Below are positions 28,845-39,230 of a DNA stretch of 64,000 nt, piece by piece. Below the pieces are notes generated by a model. The model was given only the letters and a program-made list of their open reading frames with translations, made no database searches and was not told the DNA's origin. How positions within the stretch are numbered: position 1 is the first letter of the stretch; each line of letters begins with the position of its first letter. Made by a program: the position numbers and the translations under genes. The stretch lies in the NCBI GenBank assembly GCA_963788655.1, contig CAWBHS010000007.1, forward strand, positions 45,527 to 109,526, written 5' to 3'. The stretch comes from an uncultured Verrucomicrobiae bacterium (GTDB lineage Bacteria > Verrucomicrobiota > Verrucomicrobiia > Limisphaerales > JAFGQR01).

Positions 28845-30059
28845 ATGAAATCAATAATGCGGTTGTTCTCACCCACGTTCTTGTTGGCCATGTTGCTCGG
28901 GCTCGCGTCCGGCATCACGGCCCGGGCAGCCACCCCGGTTCCCGTCGCCGCGAGTGCCCAAGCCTCCTACTTTCCTCCGCCCGAATCGCAGGGCGGTTGG
29001 CGAAAACTGGGTAGTGCGTCGGACCTTCGTCGGGTCGGAGGCATGGACCCGCAGAAGCTCGACCAACTGCGGGAGTGGTTACTGCAATCCGACCGACGCA
29101 CCTTTGCCGCCACCGTCATCCGGCACGGATGGATCGTGCTCGAGGTCGAACGCGGTAACAGCGCCAAGACCGACGCCCGTCGCGTGGCTTCGTGCTCGAA
29201 GGCCGTGTGCGCGACGGTCCTGGCGATTGCGGCGGAGCGCAGTCAGCACGGTTTAACACCGCGCAAAATGTCGTTCGACGATCCGGCGTTTCAATTCATT
29301 CCCTGGGCGCAGCCGTTGAGCGATCCCCGCATGGCGAAGATCACCGTCAAGCAACTACTCAATCACACCTCCGGGATTTGTCCCGAAGCGACCGGGGCGC
29401 CCAACGACGGGTCATGGGAATATATTCTGGGCCACACGGGCGATCCGCGCACCGCCCGGCTGGCCTTCGATCCGGGAACCGGGTGCGGTTATTCGACGCA
29501 CGCGCTGGCCCATGCGGCGCTGGTGTGCGAAAACGTAACGGGCAAGCCCTACGACAAGTTCGCCATCGAATATCTCTTCAAACCGCTCGGCATCGAGCAT
29601 TGGTGGTTTCAATATTACAACGGCGGCCCGAAGATTGGGCGCCATCCCTCGCACGGGCTGGGCATGCCGGCGCGTGATTTGGCGCGGATTGCTTACTGTA
29701 TGCTACGCGAGGGCCGGTGGCAGGAACGGCAGGTGATCCCGAGATGGTTTGTCGATGAAACCGCCGCGCCCACGCAGAACGTAAAGACGCCGGAGATGCG
29801 GTGGAAGCTGAACCCGCAAATTTTCTCGCACGGCTGGGAACTACCCGCCCGACTGACCGGCGAGGATGGCCGCAGCGGGAAGGGGATTCCGGCGGATGCG
29901 CGTTCCAAGCCCGGGTCGGGCGGTCAACTGATTGCCTTTGTGCCGAGCCTCGATCTGGTGATCACGCGCCAGACCGGCAGCAGCGGGGATTGGCAGTTCG
30001 AGGAATACTTGCGCCGGGCCTGCGCCGCCGTCATCGGGGCTTCTCCAAAAACGGAATAA
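28845..30059 (+). CDS. Secreted serine hydrolase, beta-lactamase-related (class C fold)
   Basis: Signal peptide; SxxK (ASCSK), ITVKQLLNHTSG, PGTGCGYS, LFKPLGI, ARDLARI, GSGGQ..VPSLDLVI. Confidence 0.88.
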   Translation: MKSIMRLFSPTFLLAMLLGLASGITARAATPVPVAASAQASYFPPPESQGGWRKLGSASDLRRVGGMDPQKLDQLREWLLQSDRRTFAATVIRHGWIVLEVERGNSAKTDARRVASCSKAVCATVLAIAAERSQHGLTPRKMSFDDPAFQFIPWAQPLSDPRMAKITVKQLLNHTSGICPEATGAPNDGSWEYILGHTGDPRTARLAFDPGTGCGYSTHALAHAALVCENVTGKPYDKFAIEYLFKPLGIEHWWFQYYNGGPKIGRHPSHGLGMPARDLARIAYCMLREGRWQERQVIPRWFVDETAAPTQNVKTPEMRWKLNPQIFSHGWELPARLTGEDGRSGKGIPADARSKPGSGGQLIAFVPSLDLVITRQTGSSGDWQFEEYLRRACAAVIGASPKTE

Positions 30060-30199
30060 CGCGTCTGGGTTCCCCTTGTTCAATTGGAGCGTTGCCGTTA
30101 ATCTCACCGAACCAACGTGCTGACCGGCGAATGCAGGTAATGTCCGCGTGGTAAAAATCGAATTGTGCGCATAGAAAATCCATTCAACTTCCCCTGGCC

Positions 30200-31477
30200 A
30201 TGAACGAACCAAACAAACCTACTTCGGCGACCGAGCCTTCCCTTCAGTCCAAGCATCGATTTCCCTTAGGCGACCGCCGGCATTTCCTTAAAACCGGGGC
30301 AATGGCCGTCGCGGCCACGGCCCTCGCCACCCCGCGCATGGTGGCCGCCGACACGGCGCCAAAAAAGGTGCGGATCGGCGTGGTGGGCGGCGGCTTTGGC
30401 ACCGACTTCCAGTGGCACGAACATCCGGATTGCGTCGTCGAAGCCGTGAGCGACCTGCGTCCGGAACGCCGTGAGGGGCTGATGCGCGTTTACCGGTGCA
30501 ACAAGTCGTACCCGTCGCTGGAAGAGTTGGTCAAGGATCCGCGAATTGATGCGGTGGCCATTTTCACCGACGGCCCGTTGCACGTGCAGCATGTGGTCGA
30601 GTGCATGAAACACGGGAAGCACTGCATCTCGGCCGTGCCCGCCGCCTGGGCCACGCTCGAACAGGCGGAACGGCTGTTGAACACCGTCAAGCAATACGGG
30701 TTGACCTACATGATGGCCGAAACCGGCCACTACCAACAGTCCACCATTTCGGCCCGGAAATTCTATCAGGCCGGCCAGTTTGGCAGTCTCTATTACTGCG
30801 AGGCGGAGTATCATCACAACGGCCTTGAGGTGTTGTATGTCATCGACGGTAAGCGCACCTGGCGTTACGGCATGGCGCCCATGCACTATCCCACGCACAG
30901 CACCTCGCAGCTCATTAGCGTGACCGGCGAGCGGTTGACCCAGGTTCTTTGTCACGGCTGGGGGGACGACAGTCCGTATCTCAAGGACAATCCGTACGGC
31001 AATCCCTTCTGGAATGAATCCGCCATGTTCAGCACTGATCGCGGGCACGCCTTTCGCGTCAACGTCTGGTGGAAAGGCGCGCATCGCGGTTGCGAACGGG
31101 CGCAGTGGATCGGCAATAAAATGAGTTTCTACAGCAGCCATCCCAACGGCCTGGGCCCGATCATCATCCGGGATGGGGAACAAATGGAAAAGGACGACGC
31201 CGGGCATTTGCGCAAGGCCGCCAATTTTGAGAAATACCAACAGGTGGAATGGTGGAAGACGGATTTGCTGCCCGAACCGTTGCGCCACAACACCGGCCAT
31301 GAAGGTTCGCATGTGTTTCTTACGCACGAATTCATTGACTCGCTTATCCACGGGCGACGTCCATCGGTGGATGTTTACGAAGCCCTGGCGTACACCGTGC
31401 CAGGCATTGTGGCGCATCAATCGGCACTCAAAGGCGGTGAACCGATGAAGATTCCGCAATATAAAGAAACGGCGTGA
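30200..31477 (+). CDS. Tat-exported Gfo/Idh/MocA oxidoreductase
   Basis: DRRHFLK twin-arginine signal; VRIGVVGGGFG Rossmann motif; GKHCISAVP, YMMAET, HYPTH, GHEGSH. Confidence 0.9.
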   Translation: MNEPNKPTSATEPSLQSKHRFPLGDRRHFLKTGAMAVAATALATPRMVAADTAPKKVRIGVVGGGFGTDFQWHEHPDCVVEAVSDLRPERREGLMRVYRCNKSYPSLEELVKDPRIDAVAIFTDGPLHVQHVVECMKHGKHCISAVPAAWATLEQAERLLNTVKQYGLTYMMAETGHYQQSTISARKFYQAGQFGSLYYCEAEYHHNGLEVLYVIDGKRTWRYGMAPMHYPTHSTSQLISVTGERLTQVLCHGWGDDSPYLKDNPYGNPFWNESAMFSTDRGHAFRVNVWWKGAHRGCERAQWIGNKMSFYSSHPNGLGPIIIRDGEQMEKDDAGHLRKAANFEKYQQVEWWKTDLLPEPLRHNTGHEGSHVFLTHEFIDSLIHGRRPSVDVYEALAYTVPGIVAHQSALKGGEPMKIPQYKETA

Positions 31478-31645
31478 GGCGGTGGCCGGTTCGGCGCGCC
31501 ACGTTACCTGGCCGAGGTTCGGCGATTCGCCCCGGAGAGTTTGACTTCTCGCCGTCTCACCGCACATTACTGTCGGGTTCTGGGGGCGGTTAGAAAAGGG
31601 CGGTTGGTTCGATGGGCGCAGTCAATGCTGGGTTCGTTGGTGATC

Positions 31646-34214
31646 ATGAAAACCAAAGCCAAATCAATCAAGTCGCGCCGGCGCGGCAACCGGCAGCGCG
31701 CCAATTCCCCCGTCCGGTCAACCGCGGCCCGCGGCTCCCGGCTTCCGACGGACTCGACGCGGCAAGTGCGGGGGTTGCAGAAACGCCTAACGAAGTTGGA
31801 GCAGCAGCACGAAGAACTCCAGCAAGCGCACGCGGAAACCAACGCCCAGCTAACCCGCTATCTGCACTTGTTCGACCTGGCGCCGGTCGGTTGTTTCATG
31901 TTCAACGAACACGGCAAAATATGTGACGTTAATCCGACGGCGGTGGAACTGCTGGGCCGGGAGCGCGCCCGTATCTTGGGGCGACGTTTCCAGAGCTTCC
32001 TGACCCCGCAAACCAGACCCGAGTTCAACGAATTTCTGCGGTGCATTTTTACCGAACGCACCAAACAGGTATGCGAAGCCCGGTTGAAAACGAAACCGCC
32101 GCATGCGGTACACCTGCACCTCGAGGGCACGGTCATTGCCCGGAAAGGGCCGAAGCACGCCTCCTTCTGTCATGCGGTGGCGGTGGATGTTTCCCACTAT
32201 AAACAAGCCGAGCAGGCGCTGCTCCAGTCCGAACAACGCTTTCGGGAGATGCTCGAGACGCTCGAACTGGTGGCGGTGATCCTGGATCGGCAGGGGAGGG
32301 TTGTCTTTGCCAACGCTCATCTGCTGGCGCAAACCGGCCGGCGGAAGGAAGAGGTGATTGGCGGGAATTGGTTCGAACAATTCGTTCCGGCCGAACCGGC
32401 GGTCCGGCGGATGTTTGAACGGGCCGTGCGCACCGGACGCTTTCCGCGCCGCTACGAGAACGACATCCGGCTGCACAACGGCGAACGGCGGTTGATTTCC
32501 TGGAGCAATACCGTCCTGCGCGATGCGCGCGGTCAGATTACCGGCAGCGCCAGCATTGGCGAGGACATCACCGAGCGCCGGCGCGCCGCCCAAGCGCTCC
32601 AGGAAAGTGAAGCGCGGTATCGTCGGCTCTTCGAAAACTCTCCGGTGTCGCTGTGGGAAGAGGATTTGTCCGCGGTGAAGGCACGGTTGAGCGCCTTGCA
32701 GGCCACGGTCGGCGACGACTTGGCCAGCCTACCTCGAGGCGCACCCGGAAGTCGTCGCGGACTGCGTCGCCCAAGCGCGCGTCATCGAGGTGAATCGCAA
32801 GACCCTGGAAATGTATGAAGCCCGGAGCAAGGCCGATTTTATAGATGGCCTCGCGGTGGTTTCCACGGCGGAAACCTATGCCGCGCATCGGGCGTCGTTG
32901 CTGACCATGGCGGCCGGGAAAACCACGTTCGACGTGGAAACCTCCAACCGGACGCTGGCCGGCAATTCCATCGACATTGCGTTGAATTGGTCGGTGGCGC
33001 CCGGTTTCGAAGCCACCTACGGCAAAGTCTTGGTATCCATCGCGGACGTTACCAAGCGCAACCAGGCGGAAGCGGCGGCGCGCGTGGCCGCGAACCTGTT
33101 GGCCAAAACGTTCGCCAGTCTGGAAGAGGCCGTGTTCGTAATCGATGATCCCACGCGCCGGGTTATTTCTTGCAATCCGGCCGTGCAACGGGTTTTCGGC
33201 TATGCGCCGGCGGAGATTGTTGGGCGCAACACAGAGTTCCTGTACGCCAATCGCGCCAGCTACCAAACGTTCGGCCAGCGAGCCGTTGCCGCCATGGACC
33301 AAGCGGGCGTTTTTCGAGGCGAGTTTGAGATGAAGCGCCAGGATGGAAGCCGCTTTCCCAGTGAACACACCATTACCGAGATCAAGGACGAATCGGGACA
33401 TCGGACCCAGGTGGTGAGCGTGGTGCGCGACATCAGCCGGCGTAAACAGGCCGAAGAACAGCTCCGGTCGTACGCCACCAAACTGCAGAGCCTGTCCCGC
33501 CGGTTGGTGGAAGTTCAGGAAAGCGAGCGCCGCCATATCGCCCGCGAACTGCACGATGAAATTGGCCAGTCGCTCACGGCCGCGCAAATGCACTTGCAGG
33601 CGGTGTTGCGCCAGCCGGGCGCGGAGGCGCTGGGTCCGCGGTTGCAGGAGGGACTCGAGGCGGTCGAGCGCGTGCTCGAACAAGTCCACGATCTGTCCCT
33701 CAACCTGCGCCCGTCGATGCTCGATGATCTGGGCTTGGAACCCGCGCTGCGTTGGTACACCACCCGCCAGGCCGCGCTGGCCGGCTTGCGCGCCGAATTG
33801 CAATTGGAGCCCTTGGCTGACCGGTTGGATTGGGTGGTTGCCACGGCCTGTTTCCGCGTGGCGCAGGAGGCGCTGACGAATGTGGTGCGTCATGCTCAAG
33901 CCCGGACCGTGGTGGTGGCGTTGCACCGAGAACCGGATTCGCTGCACTTGCAGGTGCGGGACGACGGCGTTGGGTTTGCCGTAACGGACATGCGGGCGCA
34001 GGCCGTGCGCGGCGCCAGCCTGGGCTTGCTCAGCATGGAGGAACGGGCGTCGCTCGCCGGCGGGCGATTGGAATTCAAGTCCGCGCCCGGTGAGGGAACC
34101 GAAATCCATGCGTGGTTCCCATTGAAGGGAACTCCACCGAACCACGTGTCGGGCCCGGGACCGCACCGTAATTCCCATTCTTCTCAACCGGGCGAGAATC
34201 GGCGCGCAGGATGA
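31646..34214 (+). CDS. Multi-PAS sensor histidine kinase, NarX/UhpB (HisKA_3) type (+1 frameshift at ~32728)
   Basis: Four PAS/PAC segments; QESERRHIARELHDEIGQSLT, RVAQEALTNVVRHA, DDGVGF, GLLSMEER. Removing one C at 32728/32729 gives DDLASYLEAHPEVV, joining the two ORFs. Confidence 0.9.
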
Positions 34215-34236
34215 CGATGTTAACCGATTTGTAGTC

Positions 34237-34908
34237 ATGCCGAAGAGCAATCCACCCGCAACTGTGCGCGTCTTGTTGGCCGACGACCACACGCTGGTCC
34301 GCGCCGGCATCCGCTCGCTGCTCGGGGACATCCCGGGCGTGGAAGTGGTGGCGGAAGCCGGCAATGGCAGCGAAGCGTTGGAATTGGCTCGGCAGCACTT
34401 GCCGGACATTGTGCTCATGGATATTGGGATGCCGCGACTTAACGGACTGGAAGCTACCGCTCGACTGCACCGGGAAGTTCCCCAAGTGCGGGTGATCATT
34501 CTCTCGATGCACCAAAACGAGGAGTATGTTTGGCGGGCACTGAAGGCCGGGGCGTCCGGCTATTTGCTCAAGAAAGCCGCCACTGCCGAATTGGCGGCGG
34601 CGCTCCAAACGGTGATGCGCGACGAAGTGTATTTGAGCCCCGGCATTCCGGTTCGCCTTCGCGAAGTGCCGCCGCCGGAGTTGCTCGCCCAAACCAACTC
34701 GCTGGAACGATTGACGCCCCGCCAACGCGAAATCCTCCAACTGATTGCCGAGGGGAAAAACACCAAAGAGATTGCGTTCATTTTGGAGATCAGCACGAAG
34801 ACCGTCGAATACCACCGCGTGCAATTGATGGATCGGTTGAAGATCCACGATATTCCCGGCCTGGTGCGCTACGCGCTGCGGCGCGGGATGATTGTGCCCG
34901 AATCGTGA
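34237..34908 (+). CDS. NarL/LuxR family response regulator
   Basis: LADDH, PDIVLMDIGMP, GASGYLLK; LTPRQREILQLIAEG..KEIA..STKTVEYH HTH. Confidence 0.95.
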   Translation: MPKSNPPATVRVLLADDHTLVRAGIRSLLGDIPGVEVVAEAGNGSEALELARQHLPDIVLMDIGMPRLNGLEATARLHREVPQVRVIILSMHQNEEYVWRALKAGASGYLLKKAATAELAAALQTVMRDEVYLSPGIPVRLREVPPPELLAQTNSLERLTPRQREILQLIAEGKNTKEIAFILEISTKTVEYHRVQLMDRLKIHDIPGLVRYALRRGMIVPES

Positions 34909-34963
34909 CCCGCGACCGGGACGGCCGGTGGTCAGGCGTGAACGGATCTGCAACCGCCTTCGG

Positions 34964-35103
34964 AAATGACCAAGGACCAATAACCAATGACCAGAGAAGG
35001 TCCAAGGCCCAAGGCCCAATGAACCGGTGGACGCCGCTCGATCATAGGTTGGAGTTTAGGATTTGGTCCTTCTTTGGTTCTTGGTCATTGAGCATTGGTC
35101 ATT
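34964..35103. repeat. Heptamer-built inverted repeat, copy 3
   Basis: AAATGACCAAGGACCAATAACCAATGACCAGAGAAGG ... CCTTCTTTGGTTCTTGGTCATTGAGCATTGGTCATT. Confidence 0.85.
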
Positions 35104-35157
35104 ATCCCGGGGCTTGGCAAAGGCGATCGCTCAGTTCATCTTCGTGCGGATGGCACC

Positions 35158-36789
35158 ATGACCTTTCTCCCGATAGTCGATCGCGAACTGCGCGTGCAAG
35201 CCCGGCAGGCCACCCTGCACTGGCTGCGGGCGGCACTGGCGTTGATGGTCGGCTTGTTGTGCCTGCAGGCGGTTTCATATTCTCGGGCGGGGATCAGTCC
35301 AGCGCAGGGCGGGCGTGATGCATTTCAAGGCCTGGCTTGGTTGGTGGAATTGCTGGCGCTGAGCTCGGCATTGTTGACCGCCGATTGCATGACCAGCGAA
35401 AGGCGCGAAGGCACCCTGGGATTGCTGTTGCTCACGAACCTTCGCGGTTACGACGTGGTCTTGGGCAAATTGTTCGCCGTGGGACTGGCGGCGTTTTACG
35501 GTCTTTTGGGATTAGTCCCAGTCTTCGCCATTCCCCTGCTGGCCGGTGGGGTTACGGGCGGGGAAGTGGGCCGGTATTCGCTGGCAGTGCTGGCGACGCT
35601 TTTCTTTGCCCTGGCCACGGGCGTGTGGGCTTCGTGCTGGCAACGCACCCGGGCGGGAGCGATCCGAGTGGCGTTGGCGGTGGTGTGGGGTGCGGCTCTG
35701 GGAGCGCCGGTGCTAGGGTGGCTGTTGGTAAATCATACGTATCTGCGTTGGCTGAGCCCATTGAGCATGTTCCAAGCCGCCGAGGCCACTCGGTTCGCAA
35801 CCGGCTCACACCATTTCTGGCTGGGACTCGCGGCGGTATTGGGGACCAGTGGTTTCCTCTTGCGGACCGCGGCGCGGATCATTGGTCGCCAATGGCGCAC
35901 ACACGAAACCGAGCCTGAACCGCTGGCCAATCCGCCCCCGAATGTCGGCTACAGCCTCGCCTTGTGGCGGCGTTCACGACAAAGGATGGAGGTTGATCCG
36001 GTACGCTGGCTCATGAGCCAATTGCCAGGACAGCAACCGCTGATCTGGGTGGCGGTTGCCTTGTTGTTGGCGCCCTGGTTGTTCAACTTAATTTTGCGCC
36101 GGCCCGTCGGTCCCGGGTGGGTCATCTCCTTTTCCTGGCCGATCAACATCGTAACGTCCTTTGGGTCCGCGGCGCTGTTTGCCTGGCTGGCCGCGCGGTT
36201 CTTCTTCGAACTCCGGCGCACGGGCGAATTGGAATTGCTGATGTCCACCCCGACGGGTGCCCGTTACCTGGTAACCTCGCAATGGCGAACCTGGATCGAC
36301 TGGTTGCGCGGGCCGATGGTGGTGTTGGTTCTACTGCAATTGATCGGTTATGGAGGCATGTTCGGTGGCTTACGGCGCCTGCCCACGCCCATGTTCATCG
36401 TTCAAGTTTTGAACCTGCTGGCACGACCGGTCAATACCATCCTGTCTGTGCTTGCTTTGTGCGCGGTGGGAATGTGGTTTGGGCTGAATACGCGCAAACA
36501 CGGGAGCGCCGTGGCTTGGACGGTGGGCTTGGTCAGTGGGATTCCCTGGCTGACTTCGCTCTGCTTACCGCTCGCAATCTACTGGGTGCTCGGCGTCAAG
36601 TCATATTCATTTTCCGGCAGCTCCCCGCCATTTTCCTATCTCGCCGCCAGATTTTTGCCGACGTTGCTGGTCACGGGAATCTATGTGTTTTTCATCGTCT
36701 GGACGCGCCGCAAACTGCATCACGATCTCCGGCGTATTCTCGTGGAACCGTCGCCCGTGCGGGCCTTGTTCAGCGGGCGCGGCAGTTAG
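35158..36789 (+). CDS. ABC-2-type permease-like membrane protein with internal duplication
   Basis: MTFLPIVDRELR start; ERREGTLGLLLLTNL..VVLGKL and a second ELRRTGELELLMSTP motif; many TM helices. No adjacent ABC ATPase. Confidence 0.8.
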   Translation: MTFLPIVDRELRVQARQATLHWLRAALALMVGLLCLQAVSYSRAGISPAQGGRDAFQGLAWLVELLALSSALLTADCMTSERREGTLGLLLLTNLRGYDVVLGKLFAVGLAAFYGLLGLVPVFAIPLLAGGVTGGEVGRYSLAVLATLFFALATGVWASCWQRTRAGAIRVALAVVWGAALGAPVLGWLLVNHTYLRWLSPLSMFQAAEATRFATGSHHFWLGLAAVLGTSGFLLRTAARIIGRQWRTHETEPEPLANPPPNVGYSLALWRRSRQRMEVDPVRWLMSQLPGQQPLIWVAVALLLAPWLFNLILRRPVGPGWVISFSWPINIVTSFGSAALFAWLAARFFFELRRTGELELLMSTPTGARYLVTSQWRTWIDWLRGPMVVLVLLQLIGYGGMFGGLRRLPTPMFIVQVLNLLARPVNTILSVLALCAVGMWFGLNTRKHGSAVAWTVGLVSGIPWLTSLCLPLAIYWVLGVKSYSFSGSSPPFSYLAARFLPTLLVTGIYVFFIVWTRRKLHHDLRRILVEPSPVRALFSGRGS

Positions 36790-36938
36790 CACTACAGCGA
36801 CAGTTCCGGCGAATCGCGGCAGGAGCGCGGCGTTTACGCCGCTTCACCGTCCTATCCCGCAAGCCGCTGGTTGGCCTTGGGTGCTTGAAGCGGCCTAAAG
36901 GCCGCGCGCCTATCGGTGGAAGTGTCGCTGTAGTGTTA
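36787..36938. mobile_element. MITE-like element, copy 2
   Basis: TA-GCACTACAGCGACA ... TGTCGCTGTAGTGT-TA; about 70 bp of the left part is nearly identical to copy 1; both TA flanks overlap the stop codons of the convergent neighbours. Confidence 0.75.
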
Positions 36939-38699
36939 GCTGGATGGGTGGGCGGAGGGCACCTGGAAGGCCGCGGGATCGATGAGGTGGGTCCAACGTT
37001 CCTGCTCGGTGACGGGGATCAAGCCGGCTTGCACTTTGGGCCAACCCATTTCCCGGAGCGAGCGCCAGCCCAGTTGGCGGGCGGCGGCGCGCAATTGGCC
37101 GGTTTTCAAACCCGGCTGCATCATGTCCGCAATGGTTTCGTTCGGCAGGAAAAATTCGTAGAGGGCCACGCGGCCGCGGTGGCCTTTGTGGTTGCACTCG
37201 ACGCAACCGCTGCCTTTCCAGGCTTTGACCTCCGACGGCGGCAGGTTGAGGGCGGCGGCCATTTCGTCGCGGAGCGACGCCGGCAGGTCGGGATCCGGTT
37301 GGGCGCAATGCCGGCAGATGCGCCGGGCCAGGCGCTGGGCGACACTGCACACGAGCGAAGAAGAAACGAGGTACGGTTCGATCTTCATCTCCAACAAGCG
37401 GGTCACGGCGCTGATGCTGTCATTGGTGTGCAACGTGGAGAAAACCAAGTGCCCGGTTTGCGCGGCGCGCACGGCGATTTCGGCGGTTTCAGTGTCGCGA
37501 ATTTCACCGATCAGCACCACGTCGGGATCGTGGCGCAGCACCGAGCGCAGCCCCGCGGAGAACGTCAGGCCGATTTGCTCGCGCACATGAATCTGCACCA
37601 CGCCGTCGAGTTGGTATTCCACCGGATCTTCGAAGGTGATGATTTTCCGGCTGTCGTCATTGGCCTGGGCCAGGGCGGCGTACAGGGTGGTGGTTTTGCC
37701 GCTGCCGGTGGGGCCGGTCAGCAGCACCAGTCCCTGAGGCAGGCGGGTGAGTTGGTTGAAGACGGCTTCCTGGTTGGGCTCCATGCCGAGTTGACCCAGG
37801 TCGAGGGAGAGGCTTTGGCGGCCCAGGATGCGCAGGCAAACAGCTTCCCCGTGTTTGGTGGGCACGACTGAAACCCGCAGGTCGTATTCCTCGGCGCCGG
37901 TCTTCATGGCGATGCGGCCGTCTTGCGGGAGGCGTTTATCGGCGATGTTCAATCCCGCCATGATTTTGAGCCGCGATACCACCGCCGGATGGAGCGCGCG
38001 AATGTCCGGCGGCATGGGGACAGTTTCCAGCAGGCCATCGACCCGGTAGCGCAAGCGGGTGGAACCGGGATAAGGTTCGAGGTGAATATCAGTGGCATTG
38101 AGCCGCAACGCTTCCTGGAGGATCTGGTCCACGAATCCGGCAATGGTCGCTTCGAGGGCGGAGTCGGTTTCCTTGCCTTGAACGTCGAAGACGATTTCCT
38201 GGGTGATGTCCGTGTCGCCGCGCTCGGCCCGCAGCCGCTGCACGGTTTCGGCGCCCAGGCCGAAATGCTTTTTGATAATGGCGTGAATGGCGCTGGGCGT
38301 GGCGAGGACTATCTTCAGAGGCTTGCCCAGCAACAACCGCAGGTTGCCTTGTTCCATGGGCCGGGGCGGTTCGCTGAAGGCCAGGGTTAGCCCGGCTTCG
38401 TTCGCCCCCAGCGGCAGCATCCGGTAGTGGAAGATGAACTTGATGGGCACCAGTTCCAGGGTTTCGCGCGGCACGTTGAGCGCCAGCGGGTCCACGAATT
38501 CCAGGTGGTGTACCGCCGCCAGCGCCCGGTAGGTGTCTTCCTCGGAGGCAAAATTCAAATCCACAATGGCCCGGTGGTGCGGGAGGTCCAACCGCTGTTG
38601 GCGGCGGCGCACCTGTTCCAATTGCGCGGGAGTCAGCTTGCCTTGGGCCAACAGCAGGTCGCCGGCTTCCTGGGAGGCAAAATTGTTTTCGGTATTCAT
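36936..38699 (-). CDS. GspE/PilB family secretion/pilus assembly ATPase
   Basis: N-terminal MshEN-like GDLLLAQGKLTPAQLEQ; ATDIHLEP, LPQDGRI, GPTGSGKTTTLY, LRHDPDVVLIGEIRD, TGHLVFSTLHTN, CxxC..CxxC. Confidence 0.95.
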   Translation of the reverse strand: MNTENNFASQEAGDLLLAQGKLTPAQLEQVRRRQQRLDLPHHRAIVDLNFASEEDTYRALAAVHHLEFVDPLALNVPRETLELVPIKFIFHYRMLPLGANEAGLTLAFSEPPRPMEQGNLRLLLGKPLKIVLATPSAIHAIIKKHFGLGAETVQRLRAERGDTDITQEIVFDVQGKETDSALEATIAGFVDQILQEALRLNATDIHLEPYPGSTRLRYRVDGLLETVPMPPDIRALHPAVVSRLKIMAGLNIADKRLPQDGRIAMKTGAEEYDLRVSVVPTKHGEAVCLRILGRQSLSLDLGQLGMEPNQEAVFNQLTRLPQGLVLLTGPTGSGKTTTLYAALAQANDDSRKIITFEDPVEYQLDGVVQIHVREQIGLTFSAGLRSVLRHDPDVVLIGEIRDTETAEIAVRAAQTGHLVFSTLHTNDSISAVTRLLEMKIEPYLVSSSLVCSVAQRLARRICRHCAQPDPDLPASLRDEMAAALNLPPSEVKAWKGSGCVECNHKGHRGRVALYEFFLPNETIADMMQPGLKTGQLRAAARQLGWRSLREMGWPKVQAGLIPVTEQERWTHLIDPAAFQVPSAHPSS

Positions 38700-39214
38700 G
38701 GGGCCGGCACCTCGAGGGGCTGGGTCTTGTTGAAGGGAATGGTGTTCGTTTGCCCAGCGGCATTGGTCAGCACCACCGCTTGCTGCGACAGGGCGGCGAT
38801 CAACCAGTGGCCCGCCGCGGGACTGCCGGTCGGGCCGGTGACCGTTTTGCCGTCCACGGTCAGGAACGCTTGCGGGGGCGCCTCACCGGTTTGGTAGAAA
38901 CCGTGATAGGTCGCCGAGATTTGTTTCGTGGTGGGCGGCGGCGGGGGGGGCACGACCGGCGGAATGAAGTGGCGGGTGTAAAATGCGTTTTCCAGGTTGG
39001 TGGCGCCCAAATGATCCGGCCACAGCGCGGCGGCAAAGAGGTTGGTGACGCCGGCGATAGGCACGGGACTGCGGGCCGGGCGGGCGGGTGCTTCCGCTTC
39101 GCCGAACTGCGGCGGCCGGTTGGCCAGGCCGACCAGCGTGACCGCCAACAACAGCCAGAGCCCGCCGTGCATCGCCAGGGCGAAGGCTCGGCTGCGCAGG
39201 AGAGCGGTTAACAT
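38696..39214 (-). CDS. Hypothetical bitopic Pro-rich protein of the type IV filament operon (PilP/GspC-like position)
   Basis: One N-terminal TM, poly-Pro linker, small beta-rich C-domain; 4-bp overlap with the ATPase gene. Confidence 0.65.
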   Translation of the reverse strand: MLTALLRSRAFALAMHGGLWLLLAVTLVGLANRPPQFGEAEAPARPARSPVPIAGVTNLFAAALWPDHLGATNLENAFYTRHFIPPVVPPPPPPTTKQISATYHGFYQTGEAPPQAFLTVDGKTVTGPTGSPAAGHWLIAALSQQAVVLTNAAGQTNTIPFNKTQPLEVPAP

Positions 39215-39230
39215 GGTGGTCGGCACGTTC

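Noticed and set aside
28845..30059. Antibiotic-resistance beta-lactamase
   Set aside because: The SxxK fold is present, but the class C YxN and KTG motifs are altered (YST, KPG); a generic serine hydrolase is the supportable call.
32568..34499. Long antisense or alternative-frame ORFs (e.g. 32568-34499, 36117-37871, 40024-41577, 46135-47565, 58818-60185)
   Set aside because: They are shadows of well-supported genes in high-GC DNA and contain no family motifs.
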